From positions 320,001-384,000 of the forward strand of contig CAVYGB010000001.1 in assembly GCA_963767925.1 (NCBI GenBank): 64,000 nt of DNA. Reading direction: 5' to 3'. A program made the translations under genes and the position numbers. Positions within the stretch are counted from its first letter, which is position 1; each line of letters opens with the position of its first letter. Of the stretch, positions 49,143 through 59,414 are shown one piece after another. The notes beneath the pieces are model-generated. The model was not told the DNA's origin and did not search any database. It saw nothing but the letters and a program-made list of their open reading frames with translations. Origin of the DNA: an uncultured delta proteobacterium. Its GTDB lineage: Bacteria > Myxococcota_A > Polyangia > Fen-1088.

Positions 49143-50564
49143 CTAGCGCGCTGGCGTCGGGGCTGGCGCGCGCAGGGACTCGACCTGCCGGCGCGCTTCG
49201 GCCTCGCGGTCCTTGCGATCTTCGCCCGGGGGCGCGTAGCGATTCGCCTTCACGTAGGCCTCGAGGGCAGCCTCCCAGCGACCGAGTCGGCGATGGGCGC
49301 CGGCGGCCGTTCGGTAGTAGTCGAAGCGAGCGTCGCTGCCCGCGATCGAGGCCCAGCAGAGCAGCTCCGCCAGCGCCACGCTGAGGATCGCCACCCGCGC
49401 CGCCTCGAACCGCCGCTGCCGGACGGCGGTCACGGTGACGAGCAAGATCCCCCCGCCCGCCACCTCCCCGGCGGCGAGCGCACCCGGGAGATCGACGATC
49501 AGCCCGAGCCCGGCCAATCCGGCCGCCCCCAGAACGGCCAGCGCAATCGTCGGCAAGCGCCGGTCGCCAAGACCGGCAGACCGGCGTTGCCAGCGGGCCG
49601 CGGCCCAGCGGGAGGGGGCGGTGAGCGTGCGCCCGAGCGCCTCGAGGGTCGGGGCAGGCAAGAAGAAGACCAGCGCGATCCAGATCATGTAGTAGCTGAA
49701 CCAGCCAATGCCCAGCGAGAGGCCCTCGGTGCCCAGGTGAAAACCGAGCGGTGCGAACATCGCCAGGGTCAACGCGACCCGGGTCCAGCGCCCGCGCAGG
49801 CGATCCCGCTGGGTGGCCAGAACGTAGCCCAGGCAGGTCACGATCTGCGCCGCGATGGCGCCGGCCCCGAGTATCGCCCAGAACTGGCTCGCGCTTCCTC
49901 CCGCCCCCAACCAGCCCCGCTCCCATTGCGGGAAAAAGTCCGCGCCCGCGAGCGCCCGCAGCGGATTGCCGGCCCGCCAGGCCGGGCTGAGCTTGGTGAC
50001 CGCCGTGAAAAGATAGACAATCGCGCAGCTCAGACCGAAGAGGACATGGGCCCATGCCGCTGGAGCGGGGTGGTCGCGGCGGGCGGCCCCCTCGAGCAGG
50101 CGGCCGGGCCTGCGGCGGTTCGGCTGAGCGCCCGGTGGCCCGAACACCTCGGTGGCGGTCCGGTGCGGGGCGAAGATGAGGGCAAACAGCAGCAGCGAGA
50201 GCAGATAGTGGTGCTGGTAGCTGTCGAGCATGCTCATCAGCCAGGCGTAGGTGTAGGCGACCAGCAAGACGGCCAGGCCGAGCCGCGATGGGCGGCTCAG
50301 GGCCATGGACAGGGCGAGCAGTCCGGCGCCGAGCACGAGCGTGACGTAGAGCGCGGGGCTCGGCGCCGGCTGGATCGCGTCCAGCCAGGCGAAGTGGGCG
50401 ACGTTGAAACCGCTGACGTAATAAGCGCCGCGGGGCACGAGGCCGAGCCAGCAGTCGAAGGAGAGCAGGAAGAGCAGGCCACGGGTCAGCAGGTAGGGCC
50501 GCGCCGGCGCCACGGGCGTGAAGAAGAAGCCGTAGAGCGCCTGCACCACCCGGCCTCCGCTCAT
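49143..50564 (-). CDS. HTTM-domain (gamma-carboxylase-like) membrane protein with C-terminal TPR
   Basis: YQHHYL, VYLFTAVTKL..W..G, FHL, IGWFSYYM; TPR-like tail. Confidence 0.7.
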   Translation of the reverse strand: MSGGRVVQALYGFFFTPVAPARPYLLTRGLLFLLSFDCWLGLVPRGAYYVSGFNVAHFAWLDAIQPAPSPALYVTLVLGAGLLALSMALSRPSRLGLAVLLVAYTYAWLMSMLDSYQHHYLLSLLLFALIFAPHRTATEVFGPPGAQPNRRRPGRLLEGAARRDHPAPAAWAHVLFGLSCAIVYLFTAVTKLSPAWRAGNPLRALAGADFFPQWERGWLGAGGSASQFWAILGAGAIAAQIVTCLGYVLATQRDRLRGRWTRVALTLAMFAPLGFHLGTEGLSLGIGWFSYYMIWIALVFFLPAPTLEALGRTLTAPSRWAAARWQRRSAGLGDRRLPTIALAVLGAAGLAGLGLIVDLPGALAAGEVAGGGILLVTVTAVRQRRFEAARVAILSVALAELLCWASIAGSDARFDYYRTAAGAHRRLGRWEAALEAYVKANRYAPPGEDRKDREAEARRQVESLRAPAPTPAR

Positions 50565-51094
50565 CGCGCGGTCGCCCGGCTGGTCGTGGCGCCTGCAGCA
50601 TCACCGGCGGTCTCGTCGGCGCCTGGCTGGGTGGGCTCCCGGACCGCCCCGCTGGCGCAGTCGATTGCATACTGCCGGGGCGGCAGCGGCGTGCGATCCG
50701 CGGCGACGCACCGGTTGACCAGCCTGACCTCGGACACACCCGCCTGTTCACAGCGCCACTCGAGAAAGCGACGGACGACGGGCCTCCGGTTGCGCTCGAG
50801 CTGGCTGACCCAGGCCTGGTGGACGGTCTCGTCGAGCGCAAGCAGCCGGGCGCGCTTGTGGCCTCCGGCGGTCACGACTTCGACCGCCCTGCTGCGGCAG
50901 TCGTGCATCCGCTCGGCAGAGAACATCCGCCAGGCGAAGCGCTCGTCGTACCGATCATCGCCGAGGTAGTAGGTCAGCGGCACGACGAGCTGGATCACGA
51001 GCACAGCGAGGGCGAACGCCAGCACCCGCCGTCGGCCCCGGGGGAAGTCGAGGAAAGATGGGGCCGCTGCACTCCTGTCGGTCGTTTCTGCCAT
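50561..51094 (-). CDS. HTTM-associated small membrane protein
   Basis: One TM segment, DERFAWRMFS motif, 4-nt overlap with the HTTM gene. Confidence 0.65.
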   Translation of the reverse strand: MAETTDRSAAAPSFLDFPRGRRRVLAFALAVLVIQLVVPLTYYLGDDRYDERFAWRMFSAERMHDCRSRAVEVVTAGGHKRARLLALDETVHQAWVSQLERNRRPVVRRFLEWRCEQAGVSEVRLVNRCVAADRTPLPPRQYAIDCASGAVREPTQPGADETAGDAAGATTSRATAR

Positions 51095-51743
51095 CGGACG
51101 CGTACTCTCGGGGACGGCGATGGGTCAATGACGCGGGCTCGCAGGATCAGCAAGCCTTCAACGAACGCGCCAACGTGGCCGGGCGGTCACAACCTGGCGG
51201 CCCTGCGACCGAGCGGTGCTCCTGGACGCGAATCCGGGCAGAGCCAGCAGCGCCCCGCTCTTGCAAAAGGCGCGACCCACGCGTGAAAAGTGCAAGGCTC
51301 CCGGGCGCTGCTTCGCCGACCCGGACATCGGCCTGGTCGGTTCTCCGGGGAGTCGCGTCGGGTGTGGGGGGGCCGGGGGCGGGGCACGATGGCGCTTCCG
51401 CCGGTCGGGTCGATTGCCGCGCCTCGTGAGCTGGTTCGCGCGCCACTATGAAGAAGCGGTGCGAAAGGCGGCGAGGTCCCAGGCGGCAGATGGCTTTCGA
51501 GCTCGTGCGGGGCCGTTGAGGTTCACGCTCGCCCCCGGTGGCTCTTCTGAATACGAGCAGGCGGTCGTAGCCCGCGTTCGCCCGGCGACGGTGTGGAGAT
51601 GGGCGACCGGTGGGTGCGGTGATCACGGCACCGACATCCGGAGCTGGTCACCGCGCACGGCCCCGTGAGCAAGCGCTCGCACCGAATGGGCCGAGAATCT
51701 CCGCCGGTAGGTACATCGTCAGCGAGGTGGGGTGGAGCCATAA

Positions 51744-52805
51744 TTGGACGTGGCGCGGGACGATGTTTCGGCTTTCGAGCCGCCGGCGGTGCTCGAGGCG
51801 GTGCTGGAGCTGGAGGGGCGCGCGCCGGGGGTGCGGCGCCGAGAGGTGAGCAACGCCGTGCCGGCGGAGCCGGCGGGTGTGTACCGGGCCGTGGCCGCGG
51901 GGCCGCGGTGCAGCCGCCATCCAGGCGTGGCGGCGGGATGGCGCTGCGACGGGTGCGACGCCCTCCTCTGCCCGGCCTGTACGAAGCTGCAGCGGCTGTC
52001 GGTGAGCAAGACCATGCAGGTCTGCGCGACCTGTGGTCGGGCCGTCCCGGCGATCACCGTGCCGCGATCGGCGGCCGAGCCCCTGTCGCGGCTCTTGCGA
52101 CAGGCCATACGCTGGCCCCTGCGACCCCCGACGCTCGTGATGATCGCAGGGCTCTCCGTCGTGGGAGCGGTTCCCATCGTCGGCTGGATCGCCCAGGCGG
52201 CGACCTGGGCTTATCTGTTCGCCGTCGTGCGGAGCACGGGGGAAGGGGCCCGAGGCGTCCTGCCGTCGGACTCCCTGAGTGAAGGCCCGGAGGATCTCCT
52301 CAAGCCCGCCTTCCGAGGGATCGCTGCTGCGGGCTGGCTCTGGATCCCCAGCGCCCTTTATCTCGAGCACCGCTACGAGTTCATCTCCGGGGGCGCCTCC
52401 ATCCTCGAGATCGCCCGCGATCCGGTCCTCTGGCTTCTTCCCCTGGTCGGCGTTCCCTCTCTCCCCATCGCCGCCATGGCCGCCGCGACGGAGGTCGCCC
52501 TCATCGATCTCTTCAACCCGGTGTTCCTCGCCCGCGCCGTCTCCCGCATCGGCCGCGACTACTGGCGGGCCGTCGCCACCATCGGCGCGCTCTGCCTGAG
52601 CGCCGGCGTCCTCCAGATCCTGGTCGCGGCCCTGGCCGGTGAAGGCTTCGTCGCCGCCGTGCTGCGGGGCCTGGTCCTCACCTATGCCTGCCTGGCCGGA
52701 GCCCGCGCCGCCGGCAGCGTCCTCTATCTCCACGGGCACGTGATCGGCTGGGGGGACGAATCGGCCTACCAGGTTGCCGTGCTCCAGCCCATCTCCGATC
52801 GATAG
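51744..52805 (+). CDS. B-box-like zinc finger + multi-pass membrane protein
   Basis: CSRHP..CDGC..LCPAC..CATCG, followed by several hydrophobic helices; start uncertain. Confidence 0.6.
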   Translation: MDVARDDVSAFEPPAVLEAVLELEGRAPGVRRREVSNAVPAEPAGVYRAVAAGPRCSRHPGVAAGWRCDGCDALLCPACTKLQRLSVSKTMQVCATCGRAVPAITVPRSAAEPLSRLLRQAIRWPLRPPTLVMIAGLSVVGAVPIVGWIAQAATWAYLFAVVRSTGEGARGVLPSDSLSEGPEDLLKPAFRGIAAAGWLWIPSALYLEHRYEFISGGASILEIARDPVLWLLPLVGVPSLPIAAMAAATEVALIDLFNPVFLARAVSRIGRDYWRAVATIGALCLSAGVLQILVAALAGEGFVAAVLRGLVLTYACLAGARAAGSVLYLHGHVIGWGDESAYQVAVLQPISDR

Positions 52806-52899
52806 CGTGCCGCGAGGCCGACCGCCCGGGGCCGGCCACGCTGCGCGCCGCCGCGCCCGGGATCCTCCTCGTCGCGCAACACGCACACCACCCTCGGTG

Positions 52900-53035
52900 G
52901 GGGAAGCGGTGGTCCAGCGGCCGGAGCTATTCGGTGCGGTGGTGCCGGTGGTCGGCGTGCACGACATGATGCGCTTCCATCTGTTCGGGCAGGGGGCGGG
53001 CTGGCAGGCGGACATGGGCGCACCCGACGATCCCT
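52900..53035 (+). pseudogene. Prolyl oligopeptidase internal fragment
   Basis: QRPELFGAVVPVVGVHDMMRFHLF..G.GW...G.PDDP. Confidence 0.65.
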
Positions 53036-53288
53036 CAGCCTCGCCGCCCGGGACCCCCACGACGATCCGTCGGGCGCCCCTGTCCCCCCACCGCCACCGC
53101 CTTCCAGCGACCCCAGCTTCTGACCGGCACGCCCTCGGGAGCGCGGCGGGAGCCCGCGCGGGGCTCGGGCGGATGGCGCTCTCCGCTCGCCGGGCTTCCC
53201 GGAGGGGCGGGGGGCTCCCGGCTGGAAACTTCAGCGCCGAGCAGCGGGCCCATCTGCGCCTTGCCTGCTCAGCCTCCGCTTCAGCCTT

Positions 53289-54126
53289 GGGTGTAGATCC
53301 CAAACTGACGCGAAATCATTGGGGATTTCGACGACGCGCCGAGGGCCGGCTCGCCAAGGGACCGGCAGGCTACAATGAGGCCGCTGCGGAACGCTCACCC
53401 TGTACGACGAACAGGGCCAGCCCCTCCACACCGTGCGCCTGGGGCGCATGCCGGAGAAGGGCAAGGCCACCCTCAAGGAACAGATCACCGCCGAGCTCAC
53501 GGCCCAGCTCCGCCAGCGGCCCGACCTGCGGGTGGTGGGCCTCGCCGATGGTGTCCACGACAATTGGGCATTTCTGGCCGAGCTGCCAGCGGGTCGGTGC
53601 GAGGCGCAGATCGTCGATTTCTTCCACGCCGCCGAGCACCTCGATGAGGCGCTCGCCGTCGCCCACGGCGAGGCAAGCGTGCGGTGCGCGGCGGAATTTA
53701 AGAAATACCGCCACCTCCTCCGCCACGACACCGACGGCGTCGAGAAGGTCATTCGACACCTGTGCTATCTGCGCGACCAGCACCCGCGTCGCAAGAAGAT
53801 TGCGAGCGCCCTGAAATACTTCCGGCACCATCGAGGGCGGATGCGCTACGCCAGCTTCGCCCGCAGGAGGATGCCCATCGGATCCGGTATCGTTGAGGCC
53901 GCGTGCAAAACCTTGGTCACCCAGCGCCTCAAGCGCTCGGGCATGCGCTGGCGGCACCCGGGCGGCCAAGCGATTCTCACATTGCGTGCCCTCGAGCAGA
54001 GCGGCCGTTTCGATCGCGCCTGGAAGATCCTCGCGGCCACCTACCGGCACGATGTCCGACTGCCCGAGAACATCGTCGACATCCGCTCAGGCAAGAGACC
54101 CAATTGACCCGTCAGGACCTACACCC
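53289..54126 (+). mobile_element. Internally deleted ISKra4-family-like insertion sequence (838 bp)
   Basis: TIRs GGGTGTAGATCC (53289) and GGACCTACACCC (54115), 11/12 match; transposase C-terminal half ADG..NW, DFFHAAEHL, PIGSGIVEAACK..RLKRSGMRW. Confidence 0.8.
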
Positions 54127-55267
54127 AGAGCAGAAGCTCGAGTATCTGCTTTGGGTCGATCCGGCGGCGATACCAGACCACGCGGGCCCCCGCCGGCAGA
54201 TCGCCGTCGGCGCAGCGGCGTTCCTCGTCGATCGCCAGGATCAGGTTCTGGATGCCCGCCGCACGCAGTCCCGCGAGCTTCTTCTGGATGTAGTCAGCCG
54301 TCCAGAAGCCGACGATCTCGAGCAGATGTTGTCGCCTCTGATCGAGGCGGTGGCGCAGCAGGAAGTCGGGGAACACGAGGGCAGCACCGGCCCGTAAAGG
54401 CTCGGGCTCCCGAATCAGGTCCCAATCGGGGGCGGCCTTCTTGAAGTCACGGGCGAAGCGTTCCTCCAGCTTGCTGTCGAAGGTTTTCGACTCCTCGGCC
54501 GGGAAGATGACATCGCCCGAACGCAGCCGGAGCTCAGCCTCGTCGGTGCCGAGGGTGCAGCGGGCCACGAGCTCGAAGCGGGCCGTCCGCGCAAGGAACG
54601 GCAGTAGCTGGCCCAGAGCACGACCGTAGAGCAGCGTCCGCCGAAACAGGGCGAACGGACCGGAGACTTCCAGCAGGGGAGGGGGACCCGACCAGACGGT
54701 GCACAGGAGTCCACGCAGCCGAGCCTGCCGAACGACGGGGCGCATGGCGCCTTCGGCCTGGATGCCCACGACGCTGGCCCGGAAGAGCAGGCTCTGGGCG
54801 ATAGCCAGGTTGACTCGACATGCCGCGTCCTGGACCGAAGGAATCTCGGCCGGGGGCCGGACGATGCGCTCGCCGGGTAGATCCGCGAATAGAGCCGCTG
54901 CGAGCGCCTCGGTGGTGATGCCGAGCTGGGCCGCGGCCGCCGCGATCGCGCGCGAAGGCGGGCGGCTGCCGAGCTCTGTCGCCATGGTGAACAGAGCCTC
55001 GCGCGCCCTTGGCGGATCCACCGGCGGGTCGGCCACACTCCGCCACAGCCGAAGCAGGACGGCCGTCGCCGCTCGACACTTTCGCAGCGGAGCCGCGCAC
55101 GGCAGGGGTGCGCGCAGGCGTTCCTCCAGTTCGCGGCGTGGTCGCCCCCGGAAGCGGTCGATCTCCTCCATGAGGATGCCGAGCCACGGGTGATCCTGCG
55201 GACCGAGGAATGCGGGCAGTATCTGCCCACGTTCGACCCGTGCGGGGATGGCCTTGTCAGCCAGCAA
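54119..55267 (-). CDS. DUF790 (Bax1-like) endonuclease-fold protein
   Basis: VNLAIAQSLL, SGP.ALFRRT..YG, FDSKLEERFARDF, REPEPL, FPDF, LEIVGFWT.DY..KK; stop supplied by the IS end. Confidence 0.82.
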   Translation of the reverse strand: MLADKAIPARVERGQILPAFLGPQDHPWLGILMEEIDRFRGRPRRELEERLRAPLPCAAPLRKCRAATAVLLRLWRSVADPPVDPPRAREALFTMATELGSRPPSRAIAAAAAQLGITTEALAAALFADLPGERIVRPPAEIPSVQDAACRVNLAIAQSLLFRASVVGIQAEGAMRPVVRQARLRGLLCTVWSGPPPLLEVSGPFALFRRTLLYGRALGQLLPFLARTARFELVARCTLGTDEAELRLRSGDVIFPAEESKTFDSKLEERFARDFKKAAPDWDLIREPEPLRAGAALVFPDFLLRHRLDQRRQHLLEIVGFWTADYIQKKLAGLRAAGIQNLILAIDEERRCADGDLPAGARVVWYRRRIDPKQILELLLWV

Positions 55268-56624
55268 GGGCCCGCCGCCTTCGTCTCGAATCCCGTACTT
55301 CTTGGGTGCCTCGTACGACCAACTCGTACACGAGCGCTCGTTTGCCCGGGCGAGGCCGCAGCACGCGTCCGATGCGCTGGACGTGCTCGCGCTGTCCGCG
55401 GCGACCGGCGACGACGATGCCGACTTCCGCGTCGGGGACATCCAGACCTTCATTCAGAACCTGGGCCGAGACGAGCGCCCGCAGCTTTCCTTCGCGGAAG
55501 AGTGCCAGCGCTCGCTCTCGTTCCTTGCGGCCGATGTCACAGGTGAGCGGCATGACGAGGTTCTCGCGGGCGACGGCGTAGGCAGTCTCGTTGTCGCCCA
55601 CGAATATGAGCGTACGCGACTGCCGGTGGTGGTCGAGCAAGCGGCCGAGCGCGGTCCGCTTCGCCGCCGGGAAGGCGAGCAGGCTGCGGGCGCGATGGAA
55701 GGCGGCGATCGCCCGGCGTCCTTCGTCGGTTCGGCCAGCCGCCCGGACAAATTCCTCCCAGGGGGCGCCGGGGTTGAATCGGCAGAAGCGGGTCATCACC
55801 TCGCGGAAGGTGCGGGTCAGTCCGTCGTGCTCGGCGCGCTCCGCCGGATCCAGATCGACGTGAATGACGACGTTGTCGAAGGGCGCAAGGAACGTTCCAG
55901 CGAGATCCGAGACCGACAGCTTGTACACGACAGGCCCGACCAGCGTCGCAAGTCGCTCGCCAGCGGCCTCCCTCGGGGGTGTCGCCGTCAGCCCGAGCCT
56001 ACGGTCCGCGGTGCACATCTCCAGGGCTTCGTCCCGGACGCCGCTGCCGAAATGGTGCGCCTCGTCCACCACGAGAAGGCCGAACCGGTGTCCGATGCGA
56101 TCCATGTGGCGCCAGGCGCTTTCGAAGGTGGCAACCGTGAGCGGCGCCAGGGTCCGCTCGCCGTCGCCGAAGATGCCGGGTGAAAGACCGGTATGCTCCT
56201 TGATTGAGCGCACCCACTGGTCGAGCAGAACCCGCGTGGGCACCAGGCACAGTGCTGCCACCCCGGTTTCGACAATCGCCCCCAGCGCAAGCCGGGTCTT
56301 CCCGCTGCCCGTGGGCAGCACGACCATGCCTCGCTGCCCAGCCAGCTGCCATGCCGTGAGAGCGGCCTGCTGGTAGGGACGGAGCGTGACCGGCCCGGAT
56401 GCAGACTGTCCGAAGTTCGGTCGCTCGAGACGCCCGCTGGACACCTCGTCCGAGAACGAGACTCCGGCCGAAGCGAGCGCCGCGGACAGCCGCTCCATCA
56501 CATGCGCTGGGCAGCGAAAGGCTCCTACCCTTGAATCCCATAAGGCGCCAGGCAACCCGCGAGGATTGGCTGCAGGTGGCGGATTGAGTAACAGGAGCGT
56601 GCCACGGTCGAAGACCAGACGCAT
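55257..56624 (-). CDS. XPB/Ssl2-like SF2 helicase
   Basis: LRPYQ, LPTGSGKT, DEAHH, GLTATP, VLNEGLDVPDA, QRIGRVLRP. Confidence 0.88.
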   Translation of the reverse strand: MRLVFDRGTLLLLNPPPAANPRGLPGALWDSRVGAFRCPAHVMERLSAALASAGVSFSDEVSSGRLERPNFGQSASGPVTLRPYQQAALTAWQLAGQRGMVVLPTGSGKTRLALGAIVETGVAALCLVPTRVLLDQWVRSIKEHTGLSPGIFGDGERTLAPLTVATFESAWRHMDRIGHRFGLLVVDEAHHFGSGVRDEALEMCTADRRLGLTATPPREAAGERLATLVGPVVYKLSVSDLAGTFLAPFDNVVIHVDLDPAERAEHDGLTRTFREVMTRFCRFNPGAPWEEFVRAAGRTDEGRRAIAAFHRARSLLAFPAAKRTALGRLLDHHRQSRTLIFVGDNETAYAVARENLVMPLTCDIGRKERERALALFREGKLRALVSAQVLNEGLDVPDAEVGIVVAGRRGQREHVQRIGRVLRPRPGKRALVYELVVRGTQEVRDSRRRRRALAG

Positions 56625-56638
56625 GTCGGTGCTCGTAC

Positions 56639-56654
56639 GCAGGGGACGTGCCAA
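56639..56654 (-). promoter_or_regulatory. Sigma-54 -24/-12 promoter
   Basis: TTGGCACG-TCCC-CTGC, exact GG-N10-GC spacing, 14 nt before the helicase ATG. Confidence 0.7.
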
Positions 56655-56797
56655 CTCATGAAGGAGGGCCCGCCACGTCCGAGAAAGTGCGTGGTTCGGT
56701 CGGCGCCCGCAGGAGTTTTCAGCTGTCGACAGCTCCCGACCCGTCGATGCGGCGAGGGCCTTGCTTGCAGGGGCCTCCCTGCGCTACGACGGCCGAC

Positions 56798-56989
56798 ATG
56801 TCCATCTTTGACAAGCGCGCTGGCTTCGACCCGGGCCCCTGGCTTCGAGAGAAGACCGTCTCGTGTCTTCGCGACGTTGCCGAACTTGTCGACCTCGCGA
56901 ACGAGCCAGACACCACACCCTGGTATGCCCGCCGGCTGCGGCGAGCGGCGTCCGGGCTCGTAAGCCGTCTTGCGCCCCTCACGCAGTAA
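56798..56989 (+). CDS. Small hypothetical protein (63 aa)
   Basis: MSIFDKRAGFDPGPW..., protein-like composition. Confidence 0.45.
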   Translation: MSIFDKRAGFDPGPWLREKTVSCLRDVAELVDLANEPDTTPWYARRLRRAASGLVSRLAPLTQ

Positions 56990-57223
56990 GTTCACGGCGC
57001 AGATCAAAAGGCGCTTGAGGACTCCGAGTGGAACGCCATCACCGAGCACGGTACGTTCGCGCTTGCCGCCTGGTGCGAGCGATGGCGTATCGCGGGCGCG
57101 TCGAAGTTCCTGGGGCGCACCTCGGCTCTCGACGACGATGGCGACGACAAGGACACCGCGCCCGAGGACCGGCCCCAGACGGACGACGATCTCACCAGGA
57201 CTCTCGACCGGCGTCTGGAGCTG

Positions 57224-57883
57224 ATGGGCCTGCTTGCACGCCGCATGCTCAACGAGGATCTCCCGGATGGGGCTCGGCGGCTGCTGCTGTTCTTGATGGG
57301 CCACCTTCGGTACTCCCGGCATGCGGATATCGTGCTGGTCTCGAAGCGGTTCCTCCCCGGGGACATCGGCGTTTCGGCCGCCGATGCCGCCGACGCCTAT
57401 CGCGCGCTTTACGAGTCCGAGTTCATCGAACGCGTGGACGCGCTGACCGAGGGCGCGGAGGACGGCCTGGCGTTGAGGCTGCTCGTCGAGGGGTTCAATG
57501 ACCGCAAGCAGGCGACCGCGTACCGGGAGGAGACCTTCGGCTTTCCGGGCGCCCGGATTGGCGGAAAGCCGACGATGGGCAATATCCTCAGTCTGCCCGT
57601 CTCCGGCTTCGTCCAGCAGTCGTTGAAGGGCTGGCCAGCGCTCACCGACGAAGATCGCCAATCCCTGCGGCAGTGGCTTCAGGAGGCAGTCGGCGCGGAG
57701 CGGGCGTTCATCGAGGAGACGAAGCTGGTCGGCGATGGCGCCGCCGGAATCCTGGAGGTGAAGCTGCGGGTTCCTCTGGAGGAATCGGACGACGAGATCA
57801 GGATTCTGCTCGCGCCCGCGGCGGACGCGTGGTTTCGAAAGCACGTCGCCGGCCTTCACGGCGACGATCGCTCGGCGTCATAG
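57224..57883 (+). CDS. Hypothetical protein
   Basis: Protein-like ORF; the frame stays open upstream with an acidic stretch, so the true start may be ATG 57082 across a 1-nt frameshift. Confidence 0.6.
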   Translation: MGLLARRMLNEDLPDGARRLLLFLMGHLRYSRHADIVLVSKRFLPGDIGVSAADAADAYRALYESEFIERVDALTEGAEDGLALRLLVEGFNDRKQATAYREETFGFPGARIGGKPTMGNILSLPVSGFVQQSLKGWPALTDEDRQSLRQWLQEAVGAERAFIEETKLVGDGAAGILEVKLRVPLEESDDEIRILLAPAADAWFRKHVAGLHGDDRSAS

Positions 57884-57893
57884 CTTGTGGGCT

Positions 57894-58361
57894 TCAGTCG
57901 TTCTCGTGCTGCGAACTGGCCGGCCCGATCGCGCGCGGCTCCTCGCGTACCTCAGCCTCCGTGGTGTCCTGCTCGAAAACCACCTTCAGCACCTGGTCCG
58001 TGGCCCGTTCGAGCGTCTCCTGGAGCGCCTTCGAGAGCTCGAGGTATTCCGGCCACAGGGTCTCGTCGACGAAGCGCTTGGGCACGCGCAGCATGATGGT
58101 CGTGTAGCGCTGCCCGCGGTAGCGGAAGGGCTTGAGGCCGTATCTTCGCGCGAGTGCCATGAAGAGCTTGCGCGACCAGTGATCCGCGAGCGTGAACTTG
58201 TACTCGACCGGCGGCGCTTCTTTCTCGGCAATCGCGAGGCGCTGCTGTATGTGGCGGATGGCGTTGGCGGCGGCGTCGCGCTCGCCTGGGGTGGTGGCGC
58301 CTGCGTGGAGGGCCTCAATCCGGCGGAGCTTATCGAGCAGGGCTTTCTCGTCGAGATTCAT
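57894..58361 (-). CDS. Hypothetical protein with DUF2786-like N-terminus
   Basis: LLDKLRRIEAL..ATTPGERDAA; LFMALARRYGLKPFRY..QR.TT. Confidence 0.65.
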   Translation of the reverse strand: MNLDEKALLDKLRRIEALHAGATTPGERDAAANAIRHIQQRLAIAEKEAPPVEYKFTLADHWSRKLFMALARRYGLKPFRYRGQRYTTIMLRVPKRFVDETLWPEYLELSKALQETLERATDQVLKVVFEQDTTEAEVREEPRAIGPASSQHEND

Positions 58362-58544
58362 GGTACGTGGACGGTCTCCTAGTCGAGGACCGGTCTCCTC
58401 GCCGAAGAGGTCGGCGCGGACGTCGAACATGCGGTCGGTCATGGTGTGACGGCGACCTACCATCTCGCCGTTCAAGACGACCGCTCAGACGGGAAGGCAA
58501 TTCAGACGGCGGCCAGCGTGACCTGGTCGGCGGACAGCCGAGGA

Positions 58545-58632
58545 GCGAGCAAGCCGTGCTGGAACTAATGGGCGGCAAGGCGACGGTGGACCAGATCGCC
58601 CGCCGCCTGGGCGTCCACGCATCAACCGTGTT
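58545..58632 (+). pseudogene. IS3-like transposase HTH remnant
   Basis: QAVLELMGGKATVDQIARRLGVHASTV with no start or catalytic ORF. Confidence 0.45.
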
Positions 58633-58704
58633 TATGGACGACCTGGATTCCTGATCGCGGCTGGCCAGCGTGACGGGCGCCGTTCGCGGCAGGTGCCGCG
58701 CGCC

Positions 58705-59414
58705 CTACTCCCAGTAGAGGCAGCGCAGCTCTCGTGGTCCTCGGTGCACCTTGCCGTAGGTGACCGTCGCCGCGGTATCGCCCGAAGCGTTCTTACAGAG
58801 GTCGGTCGAACTGGATAAGGGCACCGTGCGCACCTGCTCGTAGACCCAGAGGATGTCGGAAACGGACTTCCGCGACAGCGTCCGCACCAGCGTGGCATCG
58901 CATATCCCCGCCGTGCTGATCGAGCGCCAGGTGTTCGCGTTGAGCTGCGTGAACTCGACGCGTTCAGGGAAGACGGAGAGCTTGCAGGTCCGGTCCTCGA
59001 TTTCCTCTTGCCACCAGCGGAGGGCGCTCCAGAGGGCCGGGCATCGTTGGCCGCGCACGCGGCGTGCATTCGTTGAAGGAACTGCTTCTCGTAAGGGGCC
59101 CTTGGTGGCGACGGCTTCTCCTTCTTAAGATTCATGCAGCTCTTCTTGAACTCGGCGTCGCCCTCTTTTGAGCGGATGAGCTTGTCGAACTCGGCAAGCT
59201 CTTTCCCTCTCTCTGCCGGGTCGACGTTGGGCTGCCTGACGATGACTTGGATGATGTTGCAGACCGCCTTCCGCGGGGCCGTCCGTTCGCACTGGACCGA
59301 GAGCGTCGAGTCCTCGGTCTCGTGGCCCACGCTGAACATCTTGGGAAGGTCGTCCGCCGCAGTGGCAAAGCCGGCGCGGCCTACCACCAGCGCGATGCAG
59401 AGAATGGGACGCAT
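58705..59414 (-). pseudogene. Secreted Cys-containing hypothetical protein, frameshift near 59045
   Basis: MRPILCIALVV..ATAA signal; continues as ALRWWQEEIEDRTCK in a second frame. Confidence 0.5.

Noticed and set aside
53281..54134. Target-site duplication around the IS
   Set aside because: Flanks TCAGCCTT and AGAGCAGA do not match
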